Assembly (NCBI GenBank): GCA_030295235.1
Contig: AP026141.1
Coordinates: 310,001 to 374,000 of the forward strand
Source of the DNA: Fistulifera solaris
Taxonomy: Eukaryota
Direction: 5' to 3'
DNA length: 64,000 nt
A model generated the notes under the pieces. That model was not told where the DNA came from and did no database searches. It was given only the letters and a program-made list of their open reading frames with translations. Positions 50,897 to 63,126 of the stretch are shown here, piece after piece. Each line of letters starts with the position of its first letter. Position 1 is the stretch's first letter. Made by a program: the position numbers and the translations under genes.

Positions 50897-53485
50897 ATGG
50901 CCACAATCACGCAGCGCAACTCAAGATGGAAACAAAAGAGAAAATTTCGGGCAATATTGTGTGTGCTAGCACTATTGGCGGTTTTTATGGTGCTGAAAAC
51001 CGACCCGGCGTCGCCTCGCATGATCCTTCTGTTGGAATATGATGAGACTCGAGTCACAGCCGCAGAGCCCGCAACCGTAGAATACCCCTCAACACCTTCT
51101 ACTCTACCAATCACGAAATCATCCATACTACAATTCACAAATGCCGGAGTGGATGTTTCTGACCCGACGTTATGGGACGGTGACGATTTGCAGGGCGACA
51201 GTGCGACGGCCACCGTCATGGGGATGGCGACGACCTATCCGTTGAGTGTGTATCAACAATTTGTCGGATCATTACGGAAAACCGGCTATAGGGGTCATAT
51301 CATTTTGGGGGTTTCGATGGATACGAATCAGACGATCTTGGACTATCTCGCGGTTCGCAATGTGACGGTGAAATTCATTCAACCGGGGCCTTGTACGTAT
51401 CTCCAACCCGCGGATGTCGCCGACGATATTTTCAAAAAGACCGTCTGTGATATCCATTATCCGGACATTAAAGTGCGATGGAGTCGTTTTCCGTTACAGG
51501 CGGATTGGTTGAAGGAGTGTACGACATGCACCGGTCCAGTATTGACCATGGACGTCCGTGATTCCATCTTCCAACAAGATCCCTTTGGTCCCGGTTCACC
51601 GGTCATACGAGGCTTGCACGTATTTGAAGAAGATCCGACGCAAACTACCTTGCATTGGTTGACCCGATGGCCCATTCAAGAATGTCAGGGACTCACATTC
51701 GAACAACCCATGCTCTGTTCCGGCACCACGGTAGGGACACGCCGAGCGATGCTCAAATATTTCGAAGTCATGTATGCGGAAATGAAAGTATGGATTGCCG
51801 ATGAAAAATGTCGTTTCAACATTGATGGAGATGATCAAAGGTAGGTGGTTGGCGCGTCGTTCCTTTCCATTAAGAATATCTATCTCACCTTCATCCAACA
51901 AAAGCATTCACAACTATTTATTTTACACGGGACAATTGCCGTTTGCCCAAGCCATCAAGAACCGATCGGGTGGTATTGTGAATACGGTGGGGAAAATTGG
52001 GGCCGATTTGCGCAAAAAGTACCTGCAGTATTTGCAAAATGTTCACCACCTGAGTCTTTCGGACGCCGCGCAACATCCCTACGAGGGTGCTTCCGAAACC
52101 ACCTGGATTTCGCCGGCCTTCCATTTGACAAACGAAAAAGGTCAATTCATTGAATATGATGGTTCTGTGTCTCGTGTCGTCCATCAGTTTGACCGCTTTG
52201 GACTTCCTTACTTAACGTGGCTCTATCAGCAAGACTTTGTTAAAGATGAGATACCGACGCACAATTCACAACTGAAGGGCAGTCAACAAGAACCGTTGAA
52301 TGTAGAAAGGGAAGCGAGCGCACACAGAACGGTGACGGAGACGGGCGTTGCTGTTTCAGATCCACAGCTCTGGGAGGGCGAGGATTTACAAGGAGATAGC
52401 TCTACGGCAACAGTGATGGGAATGGCGACTGGTTACCCGTTAAGTGTCTATCAGCGCTTTGTGGGTACACTTCGCAAGACCGGTTATAAAGGTAGAATCA
52501 TTCTAGGGGTGGCCCCGGATGTCTCGCCCGATATACTCGACTATTTCCAGACGCGGAATGTTACACCCAAAATCTTACACTGGTCAAACTGCACGTATCG
52601 GAAAATTGAGAGCAAGGAAGATATTTTTGGCAAGACCACTTGTGAAGAACACTATCCTGACATTAAGATCCGTTGGAGTCGCTTTCCGTTGCAGGCGGAT
52701 TGGTTACGGGAATGTATCGAGTGCACGGGTCCCGTGTTGGTAACCGATGTTCGGGACACGTATTTTCAACAAGATCCCTTTGGCCCCGGATCTCCCCTCG
52801 TCCAAGGCCTGCAAGTCTTTGAAGAGCATCCCAGTCAAACAACGGATCATTGGATCACCGATGGGCCTATTTCTAGATGCAAAGGAATGAAATTGAGGAA
52901 TAAGCCTATGCTTTGCTCCGGTACTTCCGTCGGCACACGGATCGCTATGTTAAAATATCTGGAGATCATGTACGAAGAAATGAAAGTATGGATCTCGGAC
53001 GAAAAGTGCCGTTTCGATATGGACGGCGATGATCAAAGGTAAGTCCTCGTGGTCGTTCGCATGCTTCGGCACTCCGCGCTGACCCTGTTCGTCTACCCAG
53101 CATTCACAATTACTTGTACTACACGGGGCAACTACCATTTGCGCAAGCCATGGCGTACCGTTCCGGTGGTATTGTGACGACGGTGGGCAAATTAGGTGCT
53201 ATGGTCGTCAAAGCGCACGCGAGTCATTTTTTGGAGACGAACGGATGGGAGAAAGGGCGTGCGATGTGGCAGCCCTTCCCCGGTGCGACCTCTACCAACT
53301 GGGTCGGGGACGCTTACAACTTGACCGAGAATTTGACGGACGCGCAAGGATTCTTTCTTGAGAACGATGGGTCACGGTCTCGAGTGATTCATCAATGGGA
53401 TCGATTTGGCCGACCACTGGTGAATCTCTGGATGGACAGGAATCCTTACTTTCGAGATGATGTTCCTGTGGCGGGAAAAAGATAG
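50897..53485 (+). CDS. Type II membrane protein with two tandem glycosyltransferase-like domains
   Basis: TM anchor; each repeat has FVG.LRKTGY, RWSRF, D(V)RD..FQ.DPF, LCSGT, GDDQSIHN and HQ.DRF. Introns 51841-51904 and 53039-53100. Confidence 0.75.
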
Positions 53486-53827
53486 TTAAAAAGTATTTTT
53501 CGCTACAGAATCCGCGCAGTAGACGGATAATGGAAATCGAATGTTGAATTACGCAGTTAAGTGTGTATTAGCTTGAACAGTGTATTTTATTGTGGGTAAA
53601 AATTGATAGCTCATGAGATACTAGCTAGTTTTTCTAGATCAAAGGCACAACGTCTCCTTAGTTTCGATGATGGTCTGTACTTGGTCGGTTTCACCTGCAT
53701 TTTGGAACGACAATAAAAAACACGTTGCAGTTTTGGCGTTCTGCTATTTTTCGTCATTCATTCGCATTATTCATTTTCCATAGTCAGGTTCTCTTGGTGC
53801 TAATCCTATTCACAATAGAAATTGATC

Positions 53828-54870
53828 ATGAGAAACCAAACAGGCGAAAAGGAGTCTTCTCGGCGGTGCCGACGGGCGAGCACTCTCGCAGTGATCGTTG
53901 CGCTTCTCTGTCATCAATGCCACGGCGAATCCTCCTCGGGTTTGCCCAAGGAACGTTCGCTCCCGAAAACGACAATCATTGCTCATGGAAATCATACTAC
54001 TACTCCACGCAACAAGAAAAAGAAATCATCCAAGTCGTTGAAATCGAGTTCCCAACGACAAGGTATTTTGCGTATACAGAGAGAATGGCGTGACGCCATC
54101 AAGAACGGCATGGCGTTTGATTGGATGCAAGGAACACCGCGCGGCAAGACGGCAGCAGCCTCGCATATATGGCTGGGTCCTCTCGGCTCGTCGTTGTTAA
54201 TTTGGCATTTTTCTATCACGGGCGTCCCCGGTTCTGTCTTTGAACGCGGTGTCTATCATGGTCGCATTGTCTTGCCACCCGATTATCCCAGTACACCGCC
54301 CCGCGTCATGATGTTGACGCCGTCGGGACGATTTTTGCCCGGTGTGGATATTTGTCTCTCGGCGTCGCATTATCATCCCGAAACGTGGCAACCGAATGCC
54401 TGGAATTTACGGACGTTGGTCGAGTCGTTGCGGTTGCACATGTGCACGACGGCCAAGGAAATTGGTGGATTGAATGATTCGTACGAGAAGCGATTGGAGT
54501 ATGCGCAGGCCAGTCGGGAATGGACATATGTCATGGAACACAAGCAACAACGAATTATTATTGATCATGGTCGGATGATAGAAAAGGGTATTTTCCCATG
54601 TCAGAAGAACGGAATGTTCTTGAAGACAATGACGATGGCAATGAACTTGATATCACTGACCTTCCAGAATTGGACATCGATGCAAAAGAAACTTTCGATC
54701 TGCTTTTGAAAGAACTTAGTGGTAAGCCGAACCGACGTGAAAAGACGGAGTACTTGGTGATCGATTCAAGTAAAGGCGTTCTGCATGTTATCCGTCGAAC
54801 TCTTACCAGTCCTTTGCGGATGGGCATATTGATCTTTCTCCTCATATTTTTCTATTTGAACCTGAAGTGA
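53828..54870 (+). CDS. Ubc6/UBE2J-type E2 with N-terminal signal-like leader and C-terminal TM
   Basis: WHFSITG..YHGRIVLPPDYP..TPSGRF..ICLSASHYHPETW; tail MGILIFLLIFFYL; slip near 54597. Confidence 0.85.
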
Positions 54871-55403
54871 CGAGTTGCAACACAAAGAATATCTGATGAA
54901 TAGAACGAATGACTTAGTCAGCTTTTGACTAGTTCGCGTAGACAACGTGCAGAAGTCGTAGGTTTCCTCTACACGATGAAGTCACATTCGATCGGAACTA
55001 ATAAGCGGCTATGCAGTCGGATTCGAAGTTTGATTGGCTTCTTGTTATTAAACTAAGCTCTAGCATTGAGCTCAAGAAAAGGCCGAAACGAAAAGGCCAT
55101 TCGCCAGTCGTAATCGTTGAGTCACAAATAACTTCAAACGTCACGTGAGTATCCGTTTTAAAGTAGTTCTCAATGGTATCTATATACTGTAGCCAAGAGT
55201 GTAGTAGCCATCACTTTTCCTCGCGCATGCCATCACCCATCACAAAAAAATGAAAAAGAACATCCGAAAATCGGAAGAATCGCAAAGCATCCATCGTCTT
55301 CTGATTGATGTCTTTGGCAGCATTTGAAGAATTCAATTGTGATTCTTATTCATTCCCTTGGTCTCATAATCCAGGACTTCATCGCGAAGCAACCACATTC
55401 ATC

Positions 55404-56312
55404 ATGAAACTTGCCTTTATCGTCATCTCCTTCTCTGCCTGCTTCGCCGAAGCCTTCTTGGTGCAGGTCAAACCGATGCCGGCCATTGCCGAAATTGTCA
55501 AGTCACAAGAAGGAAAGCATCTCGAGTTCAGCCTCACCATCGATAAGGGTTCCAAGAAGACGGATCGTGCGACTTCTATGTCTCTGCAAGGTCTCAAACT
55601 GACTCTGGGGCACGAAAAGGCAACAACGACGCGTCTCCCGGGGGCGAATGGTCCTACTCCTCAACTTTCCAGTGGGGCACGAAAGGCTGGCATCGATGAG
55701 CAGCCTTTCTTTGTCAACATGGATGGTACTCAGACTGTCACGGTAGAAGACGGGTGTTGGGAGGTCGTTTGGAAAGATACAAGTCCTCACGGATTTCTGT
55801 TCTGTGGCTTGAATTTGCCCACGAAGGTATGCGTTTAATGATGTTTGTCGAGTGATGACCCACTGATGACTTCTTTGCTCACAATTCAGTTTGTCTTAAC
55901 GGCCCTTTAGGTAGCTCGAAATGGAGTTTCGCTCCCGGTCGGGCATATTTATCTATGTCATCACATCTGGTCGCGTGACACTCTTCGAAAGGCTCAAGAA
56001 CGCCGACGAAAGGCAGAAGAAAAAGGCCAACGAGTGCCTCTATCAGAGAAAAGAAGCCGTTCTGAGAATGCAAGGAACCAACAATTTGTTTGAAAAGGCC
56101 AAGTTGTACCGGATTGCTCTTGCCGCTCTCGAAGATTACTCGACATCTGGGGTGACCATGTTGAACCATGTCCCATCCAGTGATGACGTAATTGATCTCG
56201 GCAATGATTTTGTCATGTCCAAAAAGGGAACAATACTCACCATGGGAAATGCATCTTTTCTAGAAGTTGACAAAAGATTGTGGGAAGTACATTCCTTCGT
56301 ATTCCGGTTTAG
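55404..56312 (+). CDS. Uncharacterised protein with plastid-type leader
   Basis: MKLAFIVISFSACFAEA-F; LPGANGP..LSSG, GCWEVVW. Intron near 55828-55910 and slips; 3' end approximate. Confidence 0.6.
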
Positions 56313-56598
56313 ACGAGTTCTTCGAGCACAATGCCAACGGGCCCCGCCATCTTGTCTTGTTCAAGTTTCATGTCTCTTAACAATTTCGCCCTTTGAGAGC
56401 GATCATCGACTCGTACAGTCCAACGAAGCAGCCATACCAATTCTCATGATTGTACGAAACATCACGAAAATTACCACAGTCGATTTCAGTGTTCATCATC
56501 AACGCAACGTCTCTAGAGTCAATCGCACTTCACTTCACACATTGCTAGAAATAATATAGCGTTTTTACTTACATTTACACTCCCATCTTGTTACATAG

Positions 56599-59500
56599 CT
56601 AACCATTAACTACTAGCATTCTCTCTTTCTCTTCCGCCGCCATCTTTTCGAACCTCTGTCTGACGTCGGCATCGCATTCCTTCCACATTGTGGCAATACG
56701 CTTCGACGCCTCCCCGAAAGGCAGTTTCTCGCCAGTTTTTTCGTCGATCATCTGAGGACGAACTTCTTTGCAAAAATAACATGTAGGCCGACGGAGATCT
56801 CACTGTTGCTATTTTGTTGTTTGCGAACTCTTCTGCTGTGGCACTCTTCGAATGCACCTCTTGTTGTAGAGCGGTGCGCTCACCAGTGCCGGATCTGTTT
56901 CCTTGACTGTGTTGCTGCATTTCGCGGTCGTACCTCTTTTGTCTTCTTCCGCTAGTTTTTCGTATTCCGAACGATCAGGTGTTACGGCCCAAAGTCGCGC
57001 CAACTCTTTGGAAATATCTCCGAGTTTACGGCCCTCTGTCGCGACTTCTGGTCGTTTCGCCGCACAAAAGTGCAGGTATGCTGAAAGTGGCCGCTTTGGC
57101 CCTTCATTAATTTTTGTTAATGACATCGTCATTCTCCTTGTTGGTTGCGAACCCTTTGATTCATTTAAAATCTTTTGACAGTCTTGTTCCCATCGCGCTC
57201 TCGCTTGAATGTATTCTTCCTTTGCCGTAGCGGCAAGCTCCAGATATATTTCTCTGTCGCTATCACCAAGCTCGGCCCACAATTTCGCCAGCTTTTTCGA
57301 TATCTCACCAAGCTTTGCCGTTGTCTCGGTGACTTCTCGTCTCTTTGCTGCACAAAAATGTAAATAAGCGGATAATGGTCGTTTCGGAGCTGTAGGCAGC
57401 ACAATACCCTTTGTCTTGCTGACTTTTGAAGATTTTCCGCCAGCACTTGTGCCATCCTTTTCTTTTATCAGATCCCAAGCCAAATCTAAAGGGATGCCCG
57501 ATGGATTTCCAGCATACTCAGCTGGTAGTTTGGCGTTAACTTTTTCCAATTTAGATAATTGCCGTATCGTCCTTTTTTGACTGCGACAACGTGCCCGTCC
57601 TTTTCGCCGAGCTCTGCAATTACTCCACGACTGCTTTTCGATTTTCCATTTATAATACCGTCCGTTACGACTCGAATTGCAACGTCGGTATCGACGGAAA
57701 GGACGTCGCCATCTTTTGGATCTAAAGAGACAAAAGAGTTGTTGTACTTGAGATAAGGTCCGTATGGTCCTATTGATGCCGTAATGGGCAAGTCCTCAAG
57801 TGTGCACACAGTTCGGGGTAGACTAACGTACCCCACCGCTTCTTCAAAAGTCAAACCAAGCATCTGGCTCAAATCCATATCTTCCGCGTCAGGATTCAAA
57901 TCGTCCAAGTCGCGCATTATTGCTTTTTGTCGAGGAAGTGAGTGCGTTGAGGAGTCCTCATCGTCGCCCAATTGCAGGTATGCCCCAAATCTGCCTGTTT
58001 TCAGGTAAATAGGTTTTCCGTTGTCAGGATGGTTGCCAAGTAAAAGTCCACCACCCTGACGTGCTGATAGAAGTGCTTTGAGAACCGAAGGGGTGATTGT
58101 CGACAAATCTGCGGCCATTCCTGCCGGTAGGGGCGCCGATGAAGGTTTGTCCGATCCATTTTGTGAAGCAAGCTGTACGTATGGACCCCATGGCCCAACA
58201 AATAAGCCCACGTCCTCTGTACCTTGCTCGCCATTGTCAACAAGAAGATTAGGTAAACGAGCTCTTCTTGCGTCATCCGCGGTCACCGTTTCGTCGATCC
58301 GCTTGACTTGGGCAGCCAGACCATTATCGCCGGCATAAAACTCATTTAAGTACTGTTTCCTATCCTCTTCTGAGTCAATCTCTCCTGAAGCAATCTGATC
58401 GAGCCGTTCCTCCATGCGCGCTGTGAAATCAGGATCGACATACGAAGGGCAGTGTTTTTCCAGAAGTGTGCACACAATAAAGGCTGTTAAGGACGGGACC
58501 ATGGGACCTCGAGCACCGCCACCAGTGAACTCATCTCCTCCAGCGGCCCTTACCGCACTGATGGCTGGGCCGCTGACCACCTTACGACTATTCCGAGGTG
58601 GCGAACTGGATGATGCAGGGCTGCCCACGTATGCACGATCACGCAAGATTTGAATAGTACTCGCGTAAGTACTTGGGCGGCCAACGCCGAGGGCCTCTAA
58701 TTCCTTTACGAAACTTGCTTCAGTATATCGTGGTGGAGGTTGAGTCTGATGATTGACAGCTGTCAAGTTGTGAGCTTGAATTTTTGACCCCTTTGAATTG
58801 GAGGCAATTGACCGTCGTCATCGTCATTGTTGTCGTCGACACGACCATAGGCTCGAGTGAATCCAGGATCCAACACAACGCTCCCGCTGGCACGAAAGTT
58901 AACGATCAAGCCGTCCTCCATGATACCTTCAATAATTGCAGTTGTTTGATTGGTTATTAGTGGAGGCATTCGACACGCAAGCGTTCTCCGATAAATAACT
59001 TGATAAAGTGAGCGTTCTACCTCTGACAGAGACAAATCGAGAAGGTCCGGTGCAATAAATCGTCCATCTGGTTGAATTGCGGGTCTGATTGCTTCATGGG
59101 CTTCCTGAGCAAACTTCGAGTCCTTTTTTCTTTTTCTTTGCAGCCTTATCGCTTCTGGAAACATGCTGATCAATTCCAAATTCATTAATGACGGTTTCTC
59201 TGATTACCGATTCAACGTCATCTGACAAGTGTGCAGAATCAGTGCGCATGTAAGATATTAAACCTTGTTCGTATAAACGTTGGGCTGCCCGCATCGTCTG
59301 CTGCACAGATAGCCCTAACCTTCTGACAGCGTCTTGTTGTAAAGTACTAGTTTTGTACGGCTCTGGTGGACTCGTTTGTCGAGGACGAGATTCGACCGTC
59401 TTAACTGCCCATTCGGAGGCATCCATCCATTCATGAACCCAGTTACTGGCGTTATCGATGTGAAGATGTATCCTTGACTCGTTTTCTAGATCTTTTGCAG

Positions 59501-60410
59501 AATTCGCAACTGGTGTTTCGCCGATCGACACTAGCTTTGCGTTGATTTGATTTTGGCTCTCATCAATGAATACGCCTGAAATGGATGCGTAATCTACAGA
59601 CTGAAACATCAAGCGTTCCCGCTCGCGCTGAACCGTCAATGCCATCCCAACGGACTGAACACGCCCAGCTGACAACCCAGGGGCGATCTTCTTCCATAGT
59701 ACTGGACTAACAGTGAAACCAGCGAGTCTGTCTAGTATTCTACGGGTCTCTTGAGCACGAACCAGGTGCGGATTGACATTTGTCGGCTTTTCTACTGCAG
59801 CAGAAATGGCGGTCGGCGTAATCTCTGTAAAGGTCACTCGTTCCATTTGCACATTCGGGTCCAGTACTTGTGTCAAATGCCACGCCATGGCTTCTCCCTC
59901 CCGATCAGGATCGGTGGCTAACAAAACCCTTTCTGCACTTGATGCGGCAGATCGCAATTGCGAAACAATTTTCTCTTTGCCCGGAATCAAAACATAGGAT
60001 GGTAAGTACGCTGCATTTCTCAAGTCAACCCCCGCCACCGGATACGGAAAATCGCCCTGATCATCGTTGACCTTTTTCTGTGACAAATCCCGAATGTGCC
60101 CCATACATGATAATACCTGGTAATCAAACGGCAAGCCTTTGTCTTCGACATACTTTGACAAGATCTTGGCTATCGTATTGCACTTGCTGGGTGACTCCAC
60201 AATAAGCAAACGGTACGGTCTCTCCTTTGTTCGCACAGAAGTGCTACTTTTACGGGCGTTTGCAAACAGAATAGTGACTGCATTACCAGGCAAACGGTAG
60301 GCCGTTCGGGCGAAAAATATTCTCGGCTGGTGAAAACTTGCTACCATGACAGCCGTATGTATCATCATGGTGAAGAAAAGGACGAATGCGCGGGAAATTA
60401 GGTATGCCAT
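56599..60410 (-). CDS. topA: Bacterial-type DNA topoisomerase IA with C-terminal repeats fused to three HMG boxes
   Basis: LIVESPSK, GHIRDL, ATDPDREGE, SAGRVQS, catalytic ISYMRTDS, AQEAHEAIRP, GRPSTY; G(P/R)(W/F/Y)G.Y repeats; then PKRPLSAYLHFC x2 and RSPSAYMLFC. Five slips near 59130, 58765, 57543, 56938 and 56773. Confidence 0.88.
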
Positions 60411-60678
60411 GAATTTAAATCGAGCGTGAAAGTCTAATAATTCGAATCAGGATTTGCCTTGGCTTTCAGTGATTTCATGGTCAAATTACTTGGGCATGGA
60501 ATGCAAAGGAAAATAATAATGGCTCGTCTCTTGCATAGCAATTATACTGCGCATCCGATGAACGCGATGATAACCGAGCGACGAGCGACGACAGGCGACG
60601 GGCCGCACGTCATCCGTCGAAAAGGTGATGTGCATCACTAAAACCTAGACTACAGCCTATAGCTCATTAAGCATGTAG

Positions 60679-61676
60679 AATGTAGACTAACATATAACAT
60701 ATAACATATAACATGTGAGATTACTTTTACATCCTATCTTTCTTAAGAGCCAGGTGATAACCGAGGATCGATCAGCACCAAAGCACCAAATTCGTTATAG
60801 AAAGTGGTTGCCTAAGGTGATTCAGATGTCCAGTGGGAGCTGGAAGTATCATTATTTTGAGCGCTGGGAAACGGGCAGGGATAATCTGTGAAGGAGTACA
60901 GTGCGGTAGTTACTGGGGGCTGTGGTGACTTGAGAATAGGTGGACTTGCTGGAATTGCTGTGCGTAAACACAGTGGTTGTTACTGGGGGCTGACATTGCT
61001 TTTTTATCTTGAGTAGTGCGGGGAAAGCATGCTAGGAAAATCGAGACTGGGGAGAGGCTGTGCGGAAACACAATGGTGTGTACTGGGGTCTGACAATGCT
61101 TTATTTCTTGAGTAAGTTGCAGGGGAAAGCGTGAACTAGGAGATCAATGGGAGAGTTATTTGTTCGGGAAACTGGGCTGGTGACAATCGTGGTGTTCTGG
61201 TGAAAGGGCGTAGAAAATGTACTGGAATCTGTGTAGAAACTTGACGGAATTTTGGTCATCTTGGGGGTGAAAGGGATTCTTGGGTAATCCTTCTCGGAGC
61301 ATATTCAGCATCAAAATATCAAGGGACAAATACACAATAACAATGGGGAAAAGAAGAGCAAGGGAAAATCGCTTGGAGGCGAAACTGGCGGAGAAACGGG
61401 CATTTGAATGGTTCGCCTTGGGTGCGGTCATTCTGCCGTAGAACATGTACTGGATTTTACGTGGACGACGAAAAATTTTCGTCAAAACTTGGGATGAAGA
61501 GAACTTGAGTAAACCCGTCCGGTCCGGGAAGCCAATGGAGTCAAAAGATCAGGAATTATAATGATTATAACATGCAAGTTAAAAATCGAAGCAGGAAGAT
61601 AGAACGTGGGTAAATAAAATGAACATGAGAAAACCGGCTCGGACGGGTGACTGACCAAAGTAAATGTAGACTAACA
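60679..61676. mobile_element. Putative non-autonomous insertion bounded by a 14-bp direct repeat
   Basis: AATGTAGACTAACA at 60679-60692 and 61663-61676; (CATATAA)x3 adjoins the left copy; internal ~100-bp tandem duplication. Confidence 0.5.
60958..61155. repeat. Two diverged ~100-bp tandem copies, with a partial third near 60900-60925
   Basis: ctgtgcg.aaacaca.tggt..tactgggg.ctgaca.tgcttt..tcttgagta..ggggaaagc..ctagga..gggagag repeated. Confidence 0.8.
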
Positions 61677-61993
61677 ATCTACCGAGTAAGAGCCTTTCTT
61701 TTTAAAAAGCTGCTAGCCAAAAGCGATAACGATTTGGCGGTTCTATAGCTTATTGTAAAATGTCTGTCTCACGATTTCTCAATTTTGCCGAGTTGCCCTC
61801 GAGATGAATGTCTCTCTAAAAGGATCAATTCAGTACACTCAGTGCTCGTTCCAGTTTAAAGTTGCAACCCTGTGGTATCGAGATCCTTTTTGGTGATAAA
61901 AACACTCCCTGTCCCTCCTTATTTGGGCACTTTCACAAAGATGCGCTGCCAAAGCTTTCGATCTATCACCCAGAACGTTAAGTAAAAGTCTCG

Positions 61994-62572
61994 CTAGCCT
62001 GAACCTCGTTTGCTTCTTTTCGTTCGTCGAGGGGCTGGGGTTGATTCCTCATTTTGAGGCTCTACTTCATCCGGGGGCCGTTCCTTTCGCTTCACACCTT
62101 TCGACTCCCTAGAATCATCTTTCGAATCGCCACCTCCTTCACCTCTTCTGACACTGCTCCTTCTGCTAGTCTCTTTTTCATCCGTTTGATCTTCGTTTTG
62201 CCGTTTCTTTTCCCGAGCATTATCCAAACTCACATACGGTATCGATTTGTACTGGGGTATCCCAACGCTACTACTCGACATCCATTTGTAATCCGCCGGC
62301 ATGCGCCGTACTTGCGTCACCGCGGCGGGTGCTTCGAGTCGCACATCCAAAAATGCATCCCAGCCTTTGAAAATGTTCGCGTGCGATGTGGTTTCCTCGA
62401 AATACGCTTCTTCTCCCTTGTGAATTTGTCGTTGAATTTCTTGCAGTGCCTTGCACGTCTGGATCAGAGTACCTTCAATATCTTCCCCGGGCCACGACGG
62501 TTCCGGAATTTGGTGCGCACGGCGCAGGACTTTGGGAAGGATCTTTCCCGAGCACGTGTTCTTGCGAGACAT
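61994..62572 (-). CDS. EAF6: NuA4 subunit Eaf6/MEAF6-like
   Basis: LQEIQRQIHKGEEAYFEET..NIFKGWDAFL..WMSSSS followed by a basic tail. Confidence 0.75.
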   Translation of the reverse strand: MSRKNTCSGKILPKVLRRAHQIPEPSWPGEDIEGTLIQTCKALQEIQRQIHKGEEAYFEETTSHANIFKGWDAFLDVRLEAPAAVTQVRRMPADYKWMSSSSVGIPQYKSIPYVSLDNAREKKRQNEDQTDEKETSRRSSVRRGEGGGDSKDDSRESKGVKRKERPPDEVEPQNEESTPAPRRTKRSKRGSG

Positions 62573-63126
62573 GCGATGATGATTGTTCTTGAGAAACACA
62601 GGCAACCAGCCGAAAACGTAGGAGATCGCACTCTTTGAGGTGTGAAAACGGTACTACTGAACGGGTTATTTGTGTGTTTAATATTCGGATCGGTGATAAC
62701 TTGTAGCAATAATGATGCTCTCCATTGCAAGCAAATAAAAGCGCATCGCGCGAGCAGAGCAGCGGAGAGTGAACCTCCGGGTTCCCTTCCAGTTTCATTG
62801 CTCGTTGGTCGTCCGTCGTCCGATCTCCAAGCTCCAAGCTCACCACAAACTTCCACGTGGAGAAATTTTCGTCTGCTGCATGCCAGTTAACATAACCCTT
62901 ACCGTAGAAGAAACAACGTAGAGAATGCGCGTCAAAGTTCAAGTGGAAGTTGTTCTTTTCCTCCGTTTGGGGCGTCAAACGTGATGTTGCGATTGATCGC
63001 ATCGAAGTCGAACGTAGAATAACAATCTTATCCATAAGAAGAGCATCACTGAACGAAGAAGTGAAGATAATTCTCGATAGAGACCTGGCAGTCGCATAGA
63101 ACGATAAAGTTGTTGAGAACCTTAGA

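Noticed and set aside
56809..57549. Stand-alone HMG-box gene
   Set aside because: Starts at a non-ATG codon in the middle of a TopA C-terminal repeat; better explained as the same gene.
61156..61485. 109-aa ORF as a transposase/RT fragment
   Set aside because: Non-ATG start and no recognisable catalytic motifs.
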